Source: a virus. Taken from it: a stretch of DNA of 64,000 bases. The number at the start of each line of letters is the position of its first letter. Within the stretch, counting starts at the first letter, position 1. The DNA lies in the IMG/VR virus record IMGVR_UViG_3300042861_001913; one strand, given 5' to 3'. A model generated the notes under the pieces. It saw nothing but the letters and a program-made list of their open reading frames with translations. It was not told the DNA's origin and ran no database searches. The translations under genes were made by a program, and so were the position numbers. Positions 44,809 through 53,745 of this stretch are shown here, in pieces.

Positions 44809-45894
44809 ATGCCAACTTTATTAGGACGTATTTTAATTAATCGTCAATTACCAAGCAAAGGTCAATTACTACAGGCTACAGCAAACAGAGCTAAATCTTT
44901 CATTAAAAATCCAATTAATACATTAAAAGAGGGATTAAATACTCATAAAACTGCTAATAATATCGCAAATAATCAAAGCACTATTATTGGTAGAACTTTA
45001 ATCAATCGTCAATTACCCGGTAAACGTGAGATACTTCAATCTGCGGGTAATGCAATTAAATCCGTTGTTAAAAATCCAATTCAAGCAGTTAAATCTGGAT
45101 TAGCTAGAGATAAATTAGCTGTTCAAAAATGGGGATATCATACTGGACAAACTCGCGGACAAACAGCTATTAACCTTGGTAAACATATAGCTAGTGGAGT
45201 TTATAAAGGTGGAGGTAAGGATATGCTAGTTAATACTGGTGGATTAATTGGCAGTATTAAGGGTGCAGCAATCGGCGGTAAAATAGGTTCACTAGCTGGA
45301 GATTGGGCTGGTGCAGCTACAGCACGTAAAGGGTTAGACGATCTTGAAGCTACTCGTAACGCATTTAAGATTCGCAATAACCCTAACTTTCAGAAACAAC
45401 CACTTAACGTTAAAGCTCGCATACTAGCTAAACGCGCATCTGGTTATGCTAAGGCGAATAAGAAGGGATTTAATAGCGAACTTAAACAAGATACTATTGG
45501 TTGGGGTATTGGTAATAGTTCAGCAGATGCACTAGGTAATGTTGCACCAGCAGTACCATTTAAAGGTGCAGCAGTAGCAATGGGAACAACTAAACCTGTA
45601 TATAAGGGTTTTCGTGTTGCTAAGAGAATAGCTACTACTAATACACCTAAGATTGGTAGAGTTAAAGCTCTACGTACTGGCATTACTAAGGGTGCTACAT
45701 CTACTGGTAGAACTCTTCGACGTAATCTAAATCCTGCTAGAGCAGTTAAAACAGGACTTAATAGAGAGAAGACTATGTATAACAGTGTTAATAATAGTCT
45801 ATCTAAATTACCTCGTGTTCCAGCAAGAGTTAGTTTCAATAACTCTTATTTATTATGTGACTTTAATGTATCTACTATTAAATATAGGAGATAG
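44809..45894 (+). CDS. basic Gly/Ala/Lys-rich protein with an internal N-terminal duplication
   Basis: GRILINRQLPSKGQLLQ..KNPINTLKEGL is repeated as GRTLINRQLPGKREILQ..KNPIQAVKSGL. Contains the Gly-zipper GGLIGSIKGAAIGGKIGSLAG. It is the lone plus-strand gene in a minus-strand block. Confidence 0.5.
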   Translation: MPTLLGRILINRQLPSKGQLLQATANRAKSFIKNPINTLKEGLNTHKTANNIANNQSTIIGRTLINRQLPGKREILQSAGNAIKSVVKNPIQAVKSGLARDKLAVQKWGYHTGQTRGQTAINLGKHIASGVYKGGGKDMLVNTGGLIGSIKGAAIGGKIGSLAGDWAGAATARKGLDDLEATRNAFKIRNNPNFQKQPLNVKARILAKRASGYAKANKKGFNSELKQDTIGWGIGNSSADALGNVAPAVPFKGAAVAMGTTKPVYKGFRVAKRIATTNTPKIGRVKALRTGITKGATSTGRTLRRNLNPARAVKTGLNREKTMYNSVNNSLSKLPRVPARVSFNNSYLLCDFNVSTIKYRR

Positions 45895-45976
45895 ATGATG
45901 ATAGGTGCTGCAATTAAAAACGTTAATATTACTGCAACACTATCAATACCTGGAATGTCATTAATTAATAACTCAA

Positions 45977-46162
45977 TTAGTTGTCGTCGCATGGGAACAC
46001 ATCCTTACAATAAGTCCAATTAAGTACATTTTGTTCAATAACTTCTAAATCAGAGTCTATCCATCTGTAATCTATATATTTAGCTAATAGATATATTTTC
46101 TTACCGCTTTCATATTCTATTTGAACTAAACATTCATCAGTTGTATCAGGTAACTTATTCAT
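45977..46162 (-). CDS. hypothetical small protein
   Basis: 61-aa ORF that overlaps the upstream gene's stop. Confidence 0.35.
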   Translation of the reverse strand: MNKLPDTTDECLVQIEYESGKKIYLLAKYIDYRWIDSDLEVIEQNVLNWTYCKDVFPCDDN

Positions 46163-46748
46163 CTTGCACTAATCCTCTCTTAATTCCTTCAGTAATACAA
46201 TACTCAGTTATATAGCTGTATTCAGGTAACATCTCATCAATGTACACAGCTATCTTATTTCTAATTGATGAAGCACTAACTTGTTTCCACATCGGTGGAG
46301 CAGTACCATTAACTAGATGAGAATAGACCAGCATACTACCAGCTAATTTATCAATAGCTTTAGCATACTTAGCTTCAATAGTTAACTGGTTCTTAAATTC
46401 ATACCATAGATTAGAATACTCAGCTATGAGAGATGATTCAAGGTAAGAAAAAAGGTTGAGTGCCGCCAATTCCTCTTGAGTATCGTGTTCATCAGTATGG
46501 TCATCAAAGTTTACATCACCCGCATTTATTTCACCTAGATCGTGTACTAGACATAACTTAATGATGTGCAGTAGTTGATCATTAGTTACTCGGTCATCTA
46601 GCATAGTTACACACATCATAACCATAGTAAACGTATGTTCAGCTACATTCTCACGTCTACTACCAGTTACATTCATTATCTGACGTACTGTATCTACTGA
46701 TGCGGCGGATTTGAGGATGAAGTCAATTGTCATAAGTTCCTTTAACAT
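46155..46748 (-). CDS. HD-domain phosphohydrolase (YfbR-like 5'-deoxynucleotidase)
   Basis: EHTFTMVMM ... LVHDLGEINAGDV. Confidence 0.65.
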   Translation of the reverse strand: MLKELMTIDFILKSAASVDTVRQIMNVTGSRRENVAEHTFTMVMMCVTMLDDRVTNDQLLHIIKLCLVHDLGEINAGDVNFDDHTDEHDTQEELAALNLFSYLESSLIAEYSNLWYEFKNQLTIEAKYAKAIDKLAGSMLVYSHLVNGTAPPMWKQVSASSIRNKIAVYIDEMLPEYSYITEYCITEGIKRGLVQDE

Positions 46749-46751
46749 TAC

Positions 46752-46781
46752 TTGTTATTTCTAACTATTTATGTTTATAAT
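46752..46781 (+). promoter_or_regulatory. candidate promoter TTGTTA-18 nt-TATAAT for the Bro-like gene at 46835
   Basis: Hexamers read directly. A hairpin AAGACAG..CTGTCTT lies in the leader. Confidence 0.35.
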
Positions 46782-46834
46782 GAAAAAGACAGCGAGTAAA
46801 CTGTCTTATCATTTATATATTGAGTTGATTAACT

Positions 46835-47686
46835 ATGGACATTGTAACACCTGTTAAGTCTGATAATGGAATTACCTTTTATATTTCCAATGATGGTAAA
46901 CAAACAGGAATTAGTATATCAGGATTAGAACGGTTACTAGGGTTAAGTGAAAAGGGGAGTTTATTTTCTGGTAAGAATAAATTAATGGAAGATTGTCAAA
47001 ATGGGACTCCCCGCGAAACAATACCAGAATCTCTACAACCTATATGGGGTAAGGTTTTCAACACCTCCGCGCTAGGATCTGATAATGCAATGATTATCAC
47101 TGAAGAAGCTGCTGTAACAATTATTAGTTATTACGCAATTGAACGTAAAAATATAACAGCTACTAAGTCATTATTTCTTTTTGCTAAACAAGGTTTTAAT
47201 TGTTGGGTTAAAGAAATTACACATTTTACAGTAGAAGAACAAGACAATGAGATATTGCGTACTTTACGCAAACTAGATCAAAATTTAGAAATAGTTAAAA
47301 CTAAAGTAGAAAAACTAGAACGTCTTGATGGTATTACTGTAACTTTATATCCAGGAGCTAAACATATTAATGATGGATTAGCATCAACTAATCAATTAAT
47401 GCTAATAGATGATTGTCTTTATTCTGGTAAAGATTGGTTAACATCTAAAGGTGTTAAATTAACTAGAGGTGGTTATATTAGCTTTGGACATCTAGTAGCT
47501 CAAACCTATAAAACATTAACAGGTAAAAATCCTCAAATTAAATATGTTACTAAACCTCGCAAAAATAAACCTAATAAAACAGTTAAAGTTAAAGAAGGTT
47601 GGGGTTATCGTAATATTGACTTCTATATAATGGAAGCAGCTTATGAGAAGTTTAAAGATAAGATGTTTCCTAATATAGAAGATTAA
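46835..47686 (+). CDS. Bro-like modular DNA-binding protein paralog (P3)
   Basis: ITFYISNDGKQTGISISGLERLLGL, ..TVTLYPGAKH.. and DWLTSKGVKLTRGGYISFGHLVAQTYKTLTGKNP align with P1 and P2. Confidence 0.6.
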   Translation: MDIVTPVKSDNGITFYISNDGKQTGISISGLERLLGLSEKGSLFSGKNKLMEDCQNGTPRETIPESLQPIWGKVFNTSALGSDNAMIITEEAAVTIISYYAIERKNITATKSLFLFAKQGFNCWVKEITHFTVEEQDNEILRTLRKLDQNLEIVKTKVEKLERLDGITVTLYPGAKHINDGLASTNQLMLIDDCLYSGKDWLTSKGVKLTRGGYISFGHLVAQTYKTLTGKNPQIKYVTKPRKNKPNKTVKVKEGWGYRNIDFYIMEAAYEKFKDKMFPNIED

Positions 47687-47696
47687 ATAACTTATT

Positions 47697-47727
47697 AAGA
47701 GGTGTTAATTACACCTCTTTTTTATTG
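47697..47727 (+). terminator. rho-independent terminator (AAGAGGTGT taatt ACACCTCTT TTTTATTG)
   Basis: Perfect 9-bp stem followed by a T-run, between convergent genes. Confidence 0.7.
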
Positions 47728-48396
47728 TTAGTTATTAAATAAGTAAACACATCTATCAGTACCAATCGCAACTTCTAGAACTTTATTATCTTCATAATCA
47801 GTTCTATTAGATATTGAACATATCTCCATGTTAGTTGCCGCATGAATTACATCAACTGTTCTAGTTGAATAACTTGGTAATCTATCACTATCTTCAGTTC
47901 TAGTTTCACCAAGTAACTTAGTTAATATACGTTGTATTGATGGTATAACTAACGTTGAATAATCCATCTTAGTATTAGATGAATAGATAATTTGAAACTC
48001 AAGTTGATAGAACTCTTTAAGTCTCATATTACTAACTGTTTTATCTTGTTCAATTCTAAATGACTTACCATGTTGCCATACAACTAGAGGTAATCTAACC
48101 TTACGTTTATTATGTGGATTTAATAAGTGTTCTGCATAGACATAACTACCCATTGTAGTTTCTGGACGTAGAGTTAAGTCATCTAATTGAAATACATCAT
48201 CGCTAGTATAGTTAGCGTTAATTAAATTAGATGGAGTTAATAATGGTGCTTCAACTTGAATTAACTCAAATGCACTATTGGCGGATTTAAGTGTTGTAGT
48301 TAACTCACTTACAATTAGATTCTTAATACTATCGCGTAATAGTATCTCTTCTTGTGACCAGAACATTAAACCATTGACATTATATAGATTCTGCAT
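47728..48396 (-). CDS. minimal class II aminoacyl-tRNA synthetase-like catalytic core (no anticodon-binding domain)
   Basis: LTLRPETTMG and LPLVVWQHGKSFRIEQ..MRLKEFYQLEFQIIY form a motif 2 of Gly/His/Pro-type. VAIGTDRCVY is motif 3-like. Only 222 aa. Confidence 0.55.
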   Translation of the reverse strand: MQNLYNVNGLMFWSQEEILLRDSIKNLIVSELTTTLKSANSAFELIQVEAPLLTPSNLINANYTSDDVFQLDDLTLRPETTMGSYVYAEHLLNPHNKRKVRLPLVVWQHGKSFRIEQDKTVSNMRLKEFYQLEFQIIYSSNTKMDYSTLVIPSIQRILTKLLGETRTEDSDRLPSYSTRTVDVIHAATNMEICSISNRTDYEDNKVLEVAIGTDRCVYLFNN

Positions 48397-48397
48397 A

Positions 48398-48781
48398 TTA
48401 ATTCTGTATTAACTCTACTAATTGGTGGAAATATTCAACTTGCATAAATAATGTAACAGTTAATTCATAACACTTACCCCACAGTTGACGTGATTTAGTG
48501 TCATCTTCTAATCCATATTGAGTTAGTAGTTCAATATAAGCTAACTCTTCTTTATCAATTAATGTAGGTATATTAAATTCGCGCATTTCAAATACACTAG
48601 TTTTTCTTACCTGTTTATCTTTATCAAATAACCATTCAACACGAACAAACTCTTTATCTGCTATTAATACATCTGCTTCTACAACATTGTATTTTTCATA
48701 GCGAGTAATCTGTTCAGCGTTCAATTCAATTTGATATAGTTTACCTTCGTATTCAAATGTTAAGTTCATATAATTCTCCAA
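48398..48781 (-). CDS. hypothetical protein
   Basis: 127-aa ORF. Confidence 0.4.
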   Translation of the reverse strand: MENYMNLTFEYEGKLYQIELNAEQITRYEKYNVVEADVLIADKEFVRVEWLFDKDKQVRKTSVFEMREFNIPTLIDKEELAYIELLTQYGLEDDTKSRQLWGKCYELTVTLFMQVEYFHQLVELIQN

Positions 48782-48827
48782 TTGTGTAAGGTGGCAACAA
48801 CTATTATGTTATTAACCACCTGATTGT

Positions 48828-49481
48828 TTATTTGACTATTTGACCTTGCCAGTATTCTTGACTATCGTAATCACTAGATAACAGTGATTCCATTCTAGTA
48901 GTTAACCAGATAAATGTAGATAATCTATTAAGGAAACCGCCGTAAGCGTTAATTGCAATAATAACTTGTTGTGCATGAATTGGATCATCAACTAACAACT
49001 CCATTAAATTATTAACTACTAACTCATGATTACGCCACGTAGTGAATGCACGTTCTACATCACGTATTCTAATTCTAATTGCATCTAACTTAATGTATTT
49101 AATCTTATTGTGAATAATGAAATCAGATGCTTCTCCTATTTGTTTATCTAACTTAAGTTCATTAACTAACGATTCTAATTCATCATTAAATTCAATAGAT
49201 AAGTTGTGTTTAGTAGAATCACCTTTCATAAAACAGAAACTACTAATACTAAAGCTATTAACTTTAAGCCAGTTGAGTTGTTCAAATAGCTTATTGTATT
49301 TAATATCAAAGGTATTTAATACTTCAGTTATTAAATTATTAAGATGTTCAATTTCACTGTAGATTAAACAACTTGGATCATCTTTACGAACAATATGACC
49401 ATTCATTAAAGGAGATAAACCACGATCTCCATGTCCGTTTTTATATGTGGCAGTTATACGTTTATTCATCTTATCGGACAA
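48828..49481 (-). CDS. PduO-type ATP:cob(I)alamin adenosyltransferase-like protein
   Basis: TATYKNGHGDRGLSPLMNGHIVRKDDPSCLIYSEIEHLNNLI matches the PduO N-terminal pattern T.TGDkG.TsL..G.rV.KDD.....YG..DELN. It overlaps the RNR gene's end. Confidence 0.55.
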   Translation of the reverse strand: MSDKMNKRITATYKNGHGDRGLSPLMNGHIVRKDDPSCLIYSEIEHLNNLITEVLNTFDIKYNKLFEQLNWLKVNSFSISSFCFMKGDSTKHNLSIEFNDELESLVNELKLDKQIGEASDFIIHNKIKYIKLDAIRIRIRDVERAFTTWRNHELVVNNLMELLVDDPIHAQQVIIAINAYGGFLNRLSTFIWLTTRMESLLSSDYDSQEYWQGQIVK

Positions 49482-51670
49482 GCTCCTGTTGAACAGCTAC
49501 TATCTAACGATTGTTCTTCATACTTATTCTCAATTTTAGCTAATATTTCGATTAACTCTGTTTCAGTTAACTTAACATTAAATAGATTGTGATATTCGTA
49601 TTCTGTAATTGGTTCATACGGCATTAATGGATATGATGCTTTACCATCGCTAATTGGATCAAATCTAGGTAGAAATGAAACACCTATAATGTCATTCCAA
49701 TTATCATTTATCCAATTTGCGGCAATATCATATTCATCTGGAGCTAATGTAATAGTAGCTGATATGTTATGACCTCTATCAGCATAATTAACTTGAGCTA
49801 ACTTATATCGTTCTAATTGATCTATGGCAGATTCATCAATAGCTCTAATTGTGGTATTAGTTTTAATTGGGAATGTAAAAACCCAAGTAGTACATTCACT
49901 GGCAAATAAACTATCACCTTGATTGTTTTCAGGAACTGGAGTTAATCCTAGATTTAATAATACTCTAGCTAGTGGATCTGTTTTACTAAATCTAACTCGA
50001 CGTAAGTAATAAGGTGAATATGCTCTATGAATACCCGATGAAACAGTAGGTAATTGACTAATAGTACCTTCAGGTTTCATTAACGTAACTCTAGTGCTTC
50101 TATTAATACCAAGATAATTATGATATTCATTTGCAGCATTAATAGCTATTAGTTTAACCCATTTAAAATAGTATTCTTGTTGTTCTGTATCCCATTCTAG
50201 TAGATCAAAAGCATCCATTAAACCAGTCATAGATACACCAAGTAATCTATCTCTCTTCTGAAGTTCATCCCATCTTGGATGCCACTGTGTAGCAGTAGTT
50301 TGACGTGAACCAATTCTAGTAATAAGTTCAATTGTTTTCTTACCTAATTCCCAATTATATTCCCATTTCTTAGTTTTCTTATTAAAATATACGTGAGCTT
50401 TAACGTTCTTAGTTGTGAGATTACATGACTGTCCATCGTCTAAACCCGCTTCGGCACAAGGATTTGTTCCAGCGATAGGTGATTCTGCTAATAAGTTCGC
50501 ATTACCTATAATCCAGAATCCAGGTTCTCCATTTGATTTAATTGATGTCATTACATCTTTAATTTTATCTAATCCAGGATTCTCGTAAAACAATATAGAG
50601 TTGTTTGACATTGATCTAATAGCTCTATACTGAACTTTATCTGGATCATCATATAGGTTCAACTTAGCTGTAATAAAATTATTATCATTAGCATCACCTA
50701 ATCCAATTTCAGCAGTTCTACGAACGCCACCTGACACTACGTTTAATCCAATTGAATTAGCTATATCAAGTACACCAACTGAATCTAATACACCATTACA
50801 ACGTTTAATAATCATTAATATGTTATTAAACATCTCCAATAGAGCTTTATGTCCACTAGCTCTACCACCAAATGTTTTAATTAACGTTCCTTCAGGACGA
50901 ATTAAATTGTAATTAAACGTAATCGTCTTAATATTAGAATAAGTTAATAAGTGTAAGAAACAACGTAGAGCATTACACCAATCTTCTTTACTATCACCAA
51001 TAGTTAACTTAGCGTTAGTGTAAGTAGATAAATCTTCATTAATAAAGTTATCATCATCATTAATAATAGATTTAGGACTTAAATAAATGTAATTAGGATT
51101 AATATCATCTTTAGTTAATACTAAATGACTTCCATCTTCATCATCTTTTAAATAAAAGTAATCATCATGTTTAATTGTAATATCAGGATTAAACTTAGGT
51201 AATTTACTAATGTATTTATTTTCAACACTAAATCCAGTTCCTGCTCCAATTAATAACCAATAGAAGATTTCACTAAATGCACTTAAATTATCAATTACTT
51301 TAAATGTACAATTCCAACTACTACTAGGATCTTTAGTTGTTTGAGGTGTTCCCGCAGTCCATAATGATCTACCACTTGGAAACCCTCGCATATTAAACAT
51401 CATCTCAAATAAAGATTCTGCTTCTTTTTTCTTACTATCATCAGATGAAATATTATCTAATGATAATGAGTATTCAATATTACGAAGAATTGTTTCACAC
51501 CATTTCTCACGTCTATTTAATTCTTTAATAAATCTACTGTAAGTGCGTAAGAAAACAGGTAATCCTAGTTCACCAAAGGGAGGTTCTAATAAAATGTATT
51601 TAGAATAAAAATCCCAAGTAATATATTGGGGCGCAATCAAATTGTAGTAGTCTTTGGTATTAATTGTCAT
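49466..51670 (-). CDS. nrdJ: adenosylcobalamin-dependent (class II) ribonucleotide reductase, monomeric RTPR-like
   Basis: 734 aa. Contains GTNPCAEAGL (active-site Cys loop) and a C-terminal redox pair CSTGACPIR. Confidence 0.8.
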   Translation of the reverse strand: MTINTKDYYNLIAPQYITWDFYSKYILLEPPFGELGLPVFLRTYSRFIKELNRREKWCETILRNIEYSLSLDNISSDDSKKKEAESLFEMMFNMRGFPSGRSLWTAGTPQTTKDPSSSWNCTFKVIDNLSAFSEIFYWLLIGAGTGFSVENKYISKLPKFNPDITIKHDDYFYLKDDEDGSHLVLTKDDINPNYIYLSPKSIINDDDNFINEDLSTYTNAKLTIGDSKEDWCNALRCFLHLLTYSNIKTITFNYNLIRPEGTLIKTFGGRASGHKALLEMFNNILMIIKRCNGVLDSVGVLDIANSIGLNVVSGGVRRTAEIGLGDANDNNFITAKLNLYDDPDKVQYRAIRSMSNNSILFYENPGLDKIKDVMTSIKSNGEPGFWIIGNANLLAESPIAGTNPCAEAGLDDGQSCNLTTKNVKAHVYFNKKTKKWEYNWELGKKTIELITRIGSRQTTATQWHPRWDELQKRDRLLGVSMTGLMDAFDLLEWDTEQQEYYFKWVKLIAINAANEYHNYLGINRSTRVTLMKPEGTISQLPTVSSGIHRAYSPYYLRRVRFSKTDPLARVLLNLGLTPVPENNQGDSLFASECTTWVFTFPIKTNTTIRAIDESAIDQLERYKLAQVNYADRGHNISATITLAPDEYDIAANWINDNWNDIIGVSFLPRFDPISDGKASYPLMPYEPITEYEYHNLFNVKLTETELIEILAKIENKYEEQSLDSSCSTGACPIR

Positions 51671-51676
51671 AGTTAT

Positions 51677-51901
51677 TTAATCTTCAGTTGTTTCAATTAC
51701 AATAGCTTCTTTCAATTTAATTAATTCAGCAATCAATTTATCTTGAGATTCACATTCAATAAACTCTTCTTTCCAATTTCTTATACGTTTAATTACGAAG
51801 AAATCTTTACTAATAGCAATGATACTTATCCATCCATTAGTAATTAGTAAGTTAACTTCTTCTAGTAATTCTAATGCTTTATCTAACATGATTAATTCCA
51901 T
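51677..51901 (-). CDS. hypothetical small protein
   Basis: 74-aa ORF. Confidence 0.35.
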   Translation of the reverse strand: MELIMLDKALELLEEVNLLITNGWISIIAISKDFFVIKRIRNWKEEFIECESQDKLIAELIKLKEAIVIETTED

Positions 51902-52674
51902 CCAAATATGTATTCAATAGCTAACTTAATTAATGGTATGTGTTTAGCAGTATACAATGAATTACCATTAAGTTTAAATAGTGGTTGTTGTTGTGATAGA
52001 TTAAGCCACGCTGATACGAGTTGTCCCGCTCTTATACGTTGACCTTTATCTAAGTTAATTGCATGATCAAGTAAGTAATCCTTCAATATAAATGATTCTG
52101 TAGTTTCCTCAATTAACTGAAACTCTTGTAATGCTTTATCTAAACCAGGATATAGATTTAATACTTCCTGTAGCGCATTATGTTGATTATTTAATTGAGT
52201 TATTTGTTCATCTTTAACTACATTACTTTCAATTAGATATTTAACTTGATCAGAATAATCAGTTTTAATTTGAGTTACTGATTTAGTTAATTCAGCTATT
52301 GCAGATAATAACACATCTTTAGTATCTGAAACATAATACCCTTGTTTTCTTACACTAGGAAGAATCACCTCAGCTACATAATTTGTAAATGCTTCAGCTT
52401 CAGGTTTATTACTACGGAATGCAATTTTATAAACACCAGGTTCATTTATTAACCAAGTGTTATTAGGTATTTGTACTAGGTCAGGAGTTTCCTGAGATGA
52501 TACATCATCATACTGAGCCTTCCATACGTCACTAATTTTATCTAATGATTGAGAACCTGTCCATGCAATATCTAATGCCTTGAACACATCAGCAGCTACA
52601 AACCAAGGATTGCTATCAATCTCAACTACTCTAACTCGATTATCTTGAAAATTAAACAACTGTAATTCTGACAT
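51892..52674 (-). CDS. Bro-N domain protein (P4), sharing middle and C-terminal modules with P1-P3
   Basis: FNFQDNRVRVVEIDSNPWFVAADVFKALDI is a classic Bro-N sequence. ..LNLYPGLDKA.. and DYLLDHAINLDKGQRIRAGQLVSAW align with the paralogs. Confidence 0.75.
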   Translation of the reverse strand: MSELQLFNFQDNRVRVVEIDSNPWFVAADVFKALDIAWTGSQSLDKISDVWKAQYDDVSSQETPDLVQIPNNTWLINEPGVYKIAFRSNKPEAEAFTNYVAEVILPSVRKQGYYVSDTKDVLLSAIAELTKSVTQIKTDYSDQVKYLIESNVVKDEQITQLNNQHNALQEVLNLYPGLDKALQEFQLIEETTESFILKDYLLDHAINLDKGQRIRAGQLVSAWLNLSQQQPLFKLNGNSLYTAKHIPLIKLAIEYIFGWN

Positions 52675-52748
52675 AAATAAAATCTCTGTAAGGTAAGAAA
52701 AAAAGGATTTAGTATTTAAATTATTATTGATTTCATGTATAAAACATA

Positions 52749-53030
52749 TTATTCACTTAACTTCTTATCTAATTTATTTAACTTACTATCAATAACTACT
52801 TCTAAATCATCATTAGTTATTTCAAGCATCATCATTAACTGATTAAGCATTATCATTACATCAGCTAATTCATTTTTAACTTCATAAATGTCAGATTTAC
52901 CATAACGTAAATGTTGTACTTCTAATGATAACTCAGTTAACTCTTCTACTACTTTAATTAACTGTACATCATTACCCCATTTATCTAATGCTTGTTTACA
53001 TAGAGATAATATTCTTTCTTTAACATCCAT
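52749..53030 (-). CDS. small MazG-like pyrophosphohydrolase
   Basis: VEELTELSLEV ... ELADVMIMLNQL. Confidence 0.5.
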   Translation of the reverse strand: MDVKERILSLCKQALDKWGNDVQLIKVVEELTELSLEVQHLRYGKSDIYEVKNELADVMIMLNQLMMMLEITNDDLEVVIDSKLNKLDKKLSE

Positions 53031-53088
53031 AATTAATGAACTCCAATTAAGGTAATAGAGTCAGGATTTAACTGACTCTTAAACTAAG

Positions 53089-53385
53089 TTATTTAAACAA
53101 CACTAACTTAACTAAACTAAACCAGTTCAAGTAGTATCTATACTTAAACTTAGTATCTGTAGCATTAAGTAACTTAACTAAGTTAAATCCAGTTAAATGA
53201 AACTCAATTAACTCACGTCTAGTTAACTCATTAATAAGTAGATAACTTAACTTGAAGTTAACTAACTTATGTAATAACTCACTATTATTAGTTAATGAAT
53301 ATCTAACATTCCAATCAACGTTATTACCATCACTATCATAGAATAGTGTTGTTGAATTAATGGCGGGATTAAGTGTAACTATCAT
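53089..53385 (-). CDS. hypothetical protein
   Basis: 98-aa ORF. Confidence 0.35.
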   Translation of the reverse strand: MIVTLNPAINSTTLFYDSDGNNVDWNVRYSLTNNSELLHKLVNFKLSYLLINELTRRELIEFHLTGFNLVKLLNATDTKFKYRYYLNWFSLVKLVLFK

Positions 53386-53711
53386 ACGCTTGTAATATCT
53401 CCAGTTTCTAAATCAATGTAATGAAATTCACCGTTATACCAATACCAAGTTGATTCAACACAATCACTTTCTAGAAAATCATTTACTTCATTACCAATAT
53501 ACACATTATCTACATATATTTCTAGATAACCATCAGGTGTTGTATATTGATTGTAAATTAAACGATCAATAGATGGGGCTATCTTGTTAAAGTGTTCAAC
53601 TATATGTTCTTTAGTTAAATTACCTAATGTATTAGTATCTTTAAATAAAGATAAAAATGATGTGATAACTGAACCAAAATCATTATCGTGAAATCTAATT
53701 CCTATTTTCAT
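53382..53711 (-). CDS. hypothetical protein
   Basis: 109-aa ORF. Confidence 0.4.
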   Translation of the reverse strand: MKIGIRFHDNDFGSVITSFLSLFKDTNTLGNLTKEHIVEHFNKIAPSIDRLIYNQYTTPDGYLEIYVDNVYIGNEVNDFLESDCVESTWYWYNGEFHYIDLETGDITSV

Positions 53712-53745
53712 AATAATAGAGCTAGATAAACTAGCTCACTAAGTT

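Noticed and set aside
45892-45894. Stop-codon reassignment (TAG read as sense), suggested by in-frame continuation after TAG at 45892 and at 6190.
   Set aside because: Very long ORFs, including the 2141-aa tape measure and the 1033-aa fiber, are intact under the standard code. TAG also terminates well-defined genes such as 14900-15370. After the TAG at 6190 the same frame hits another stop within 5 codons.
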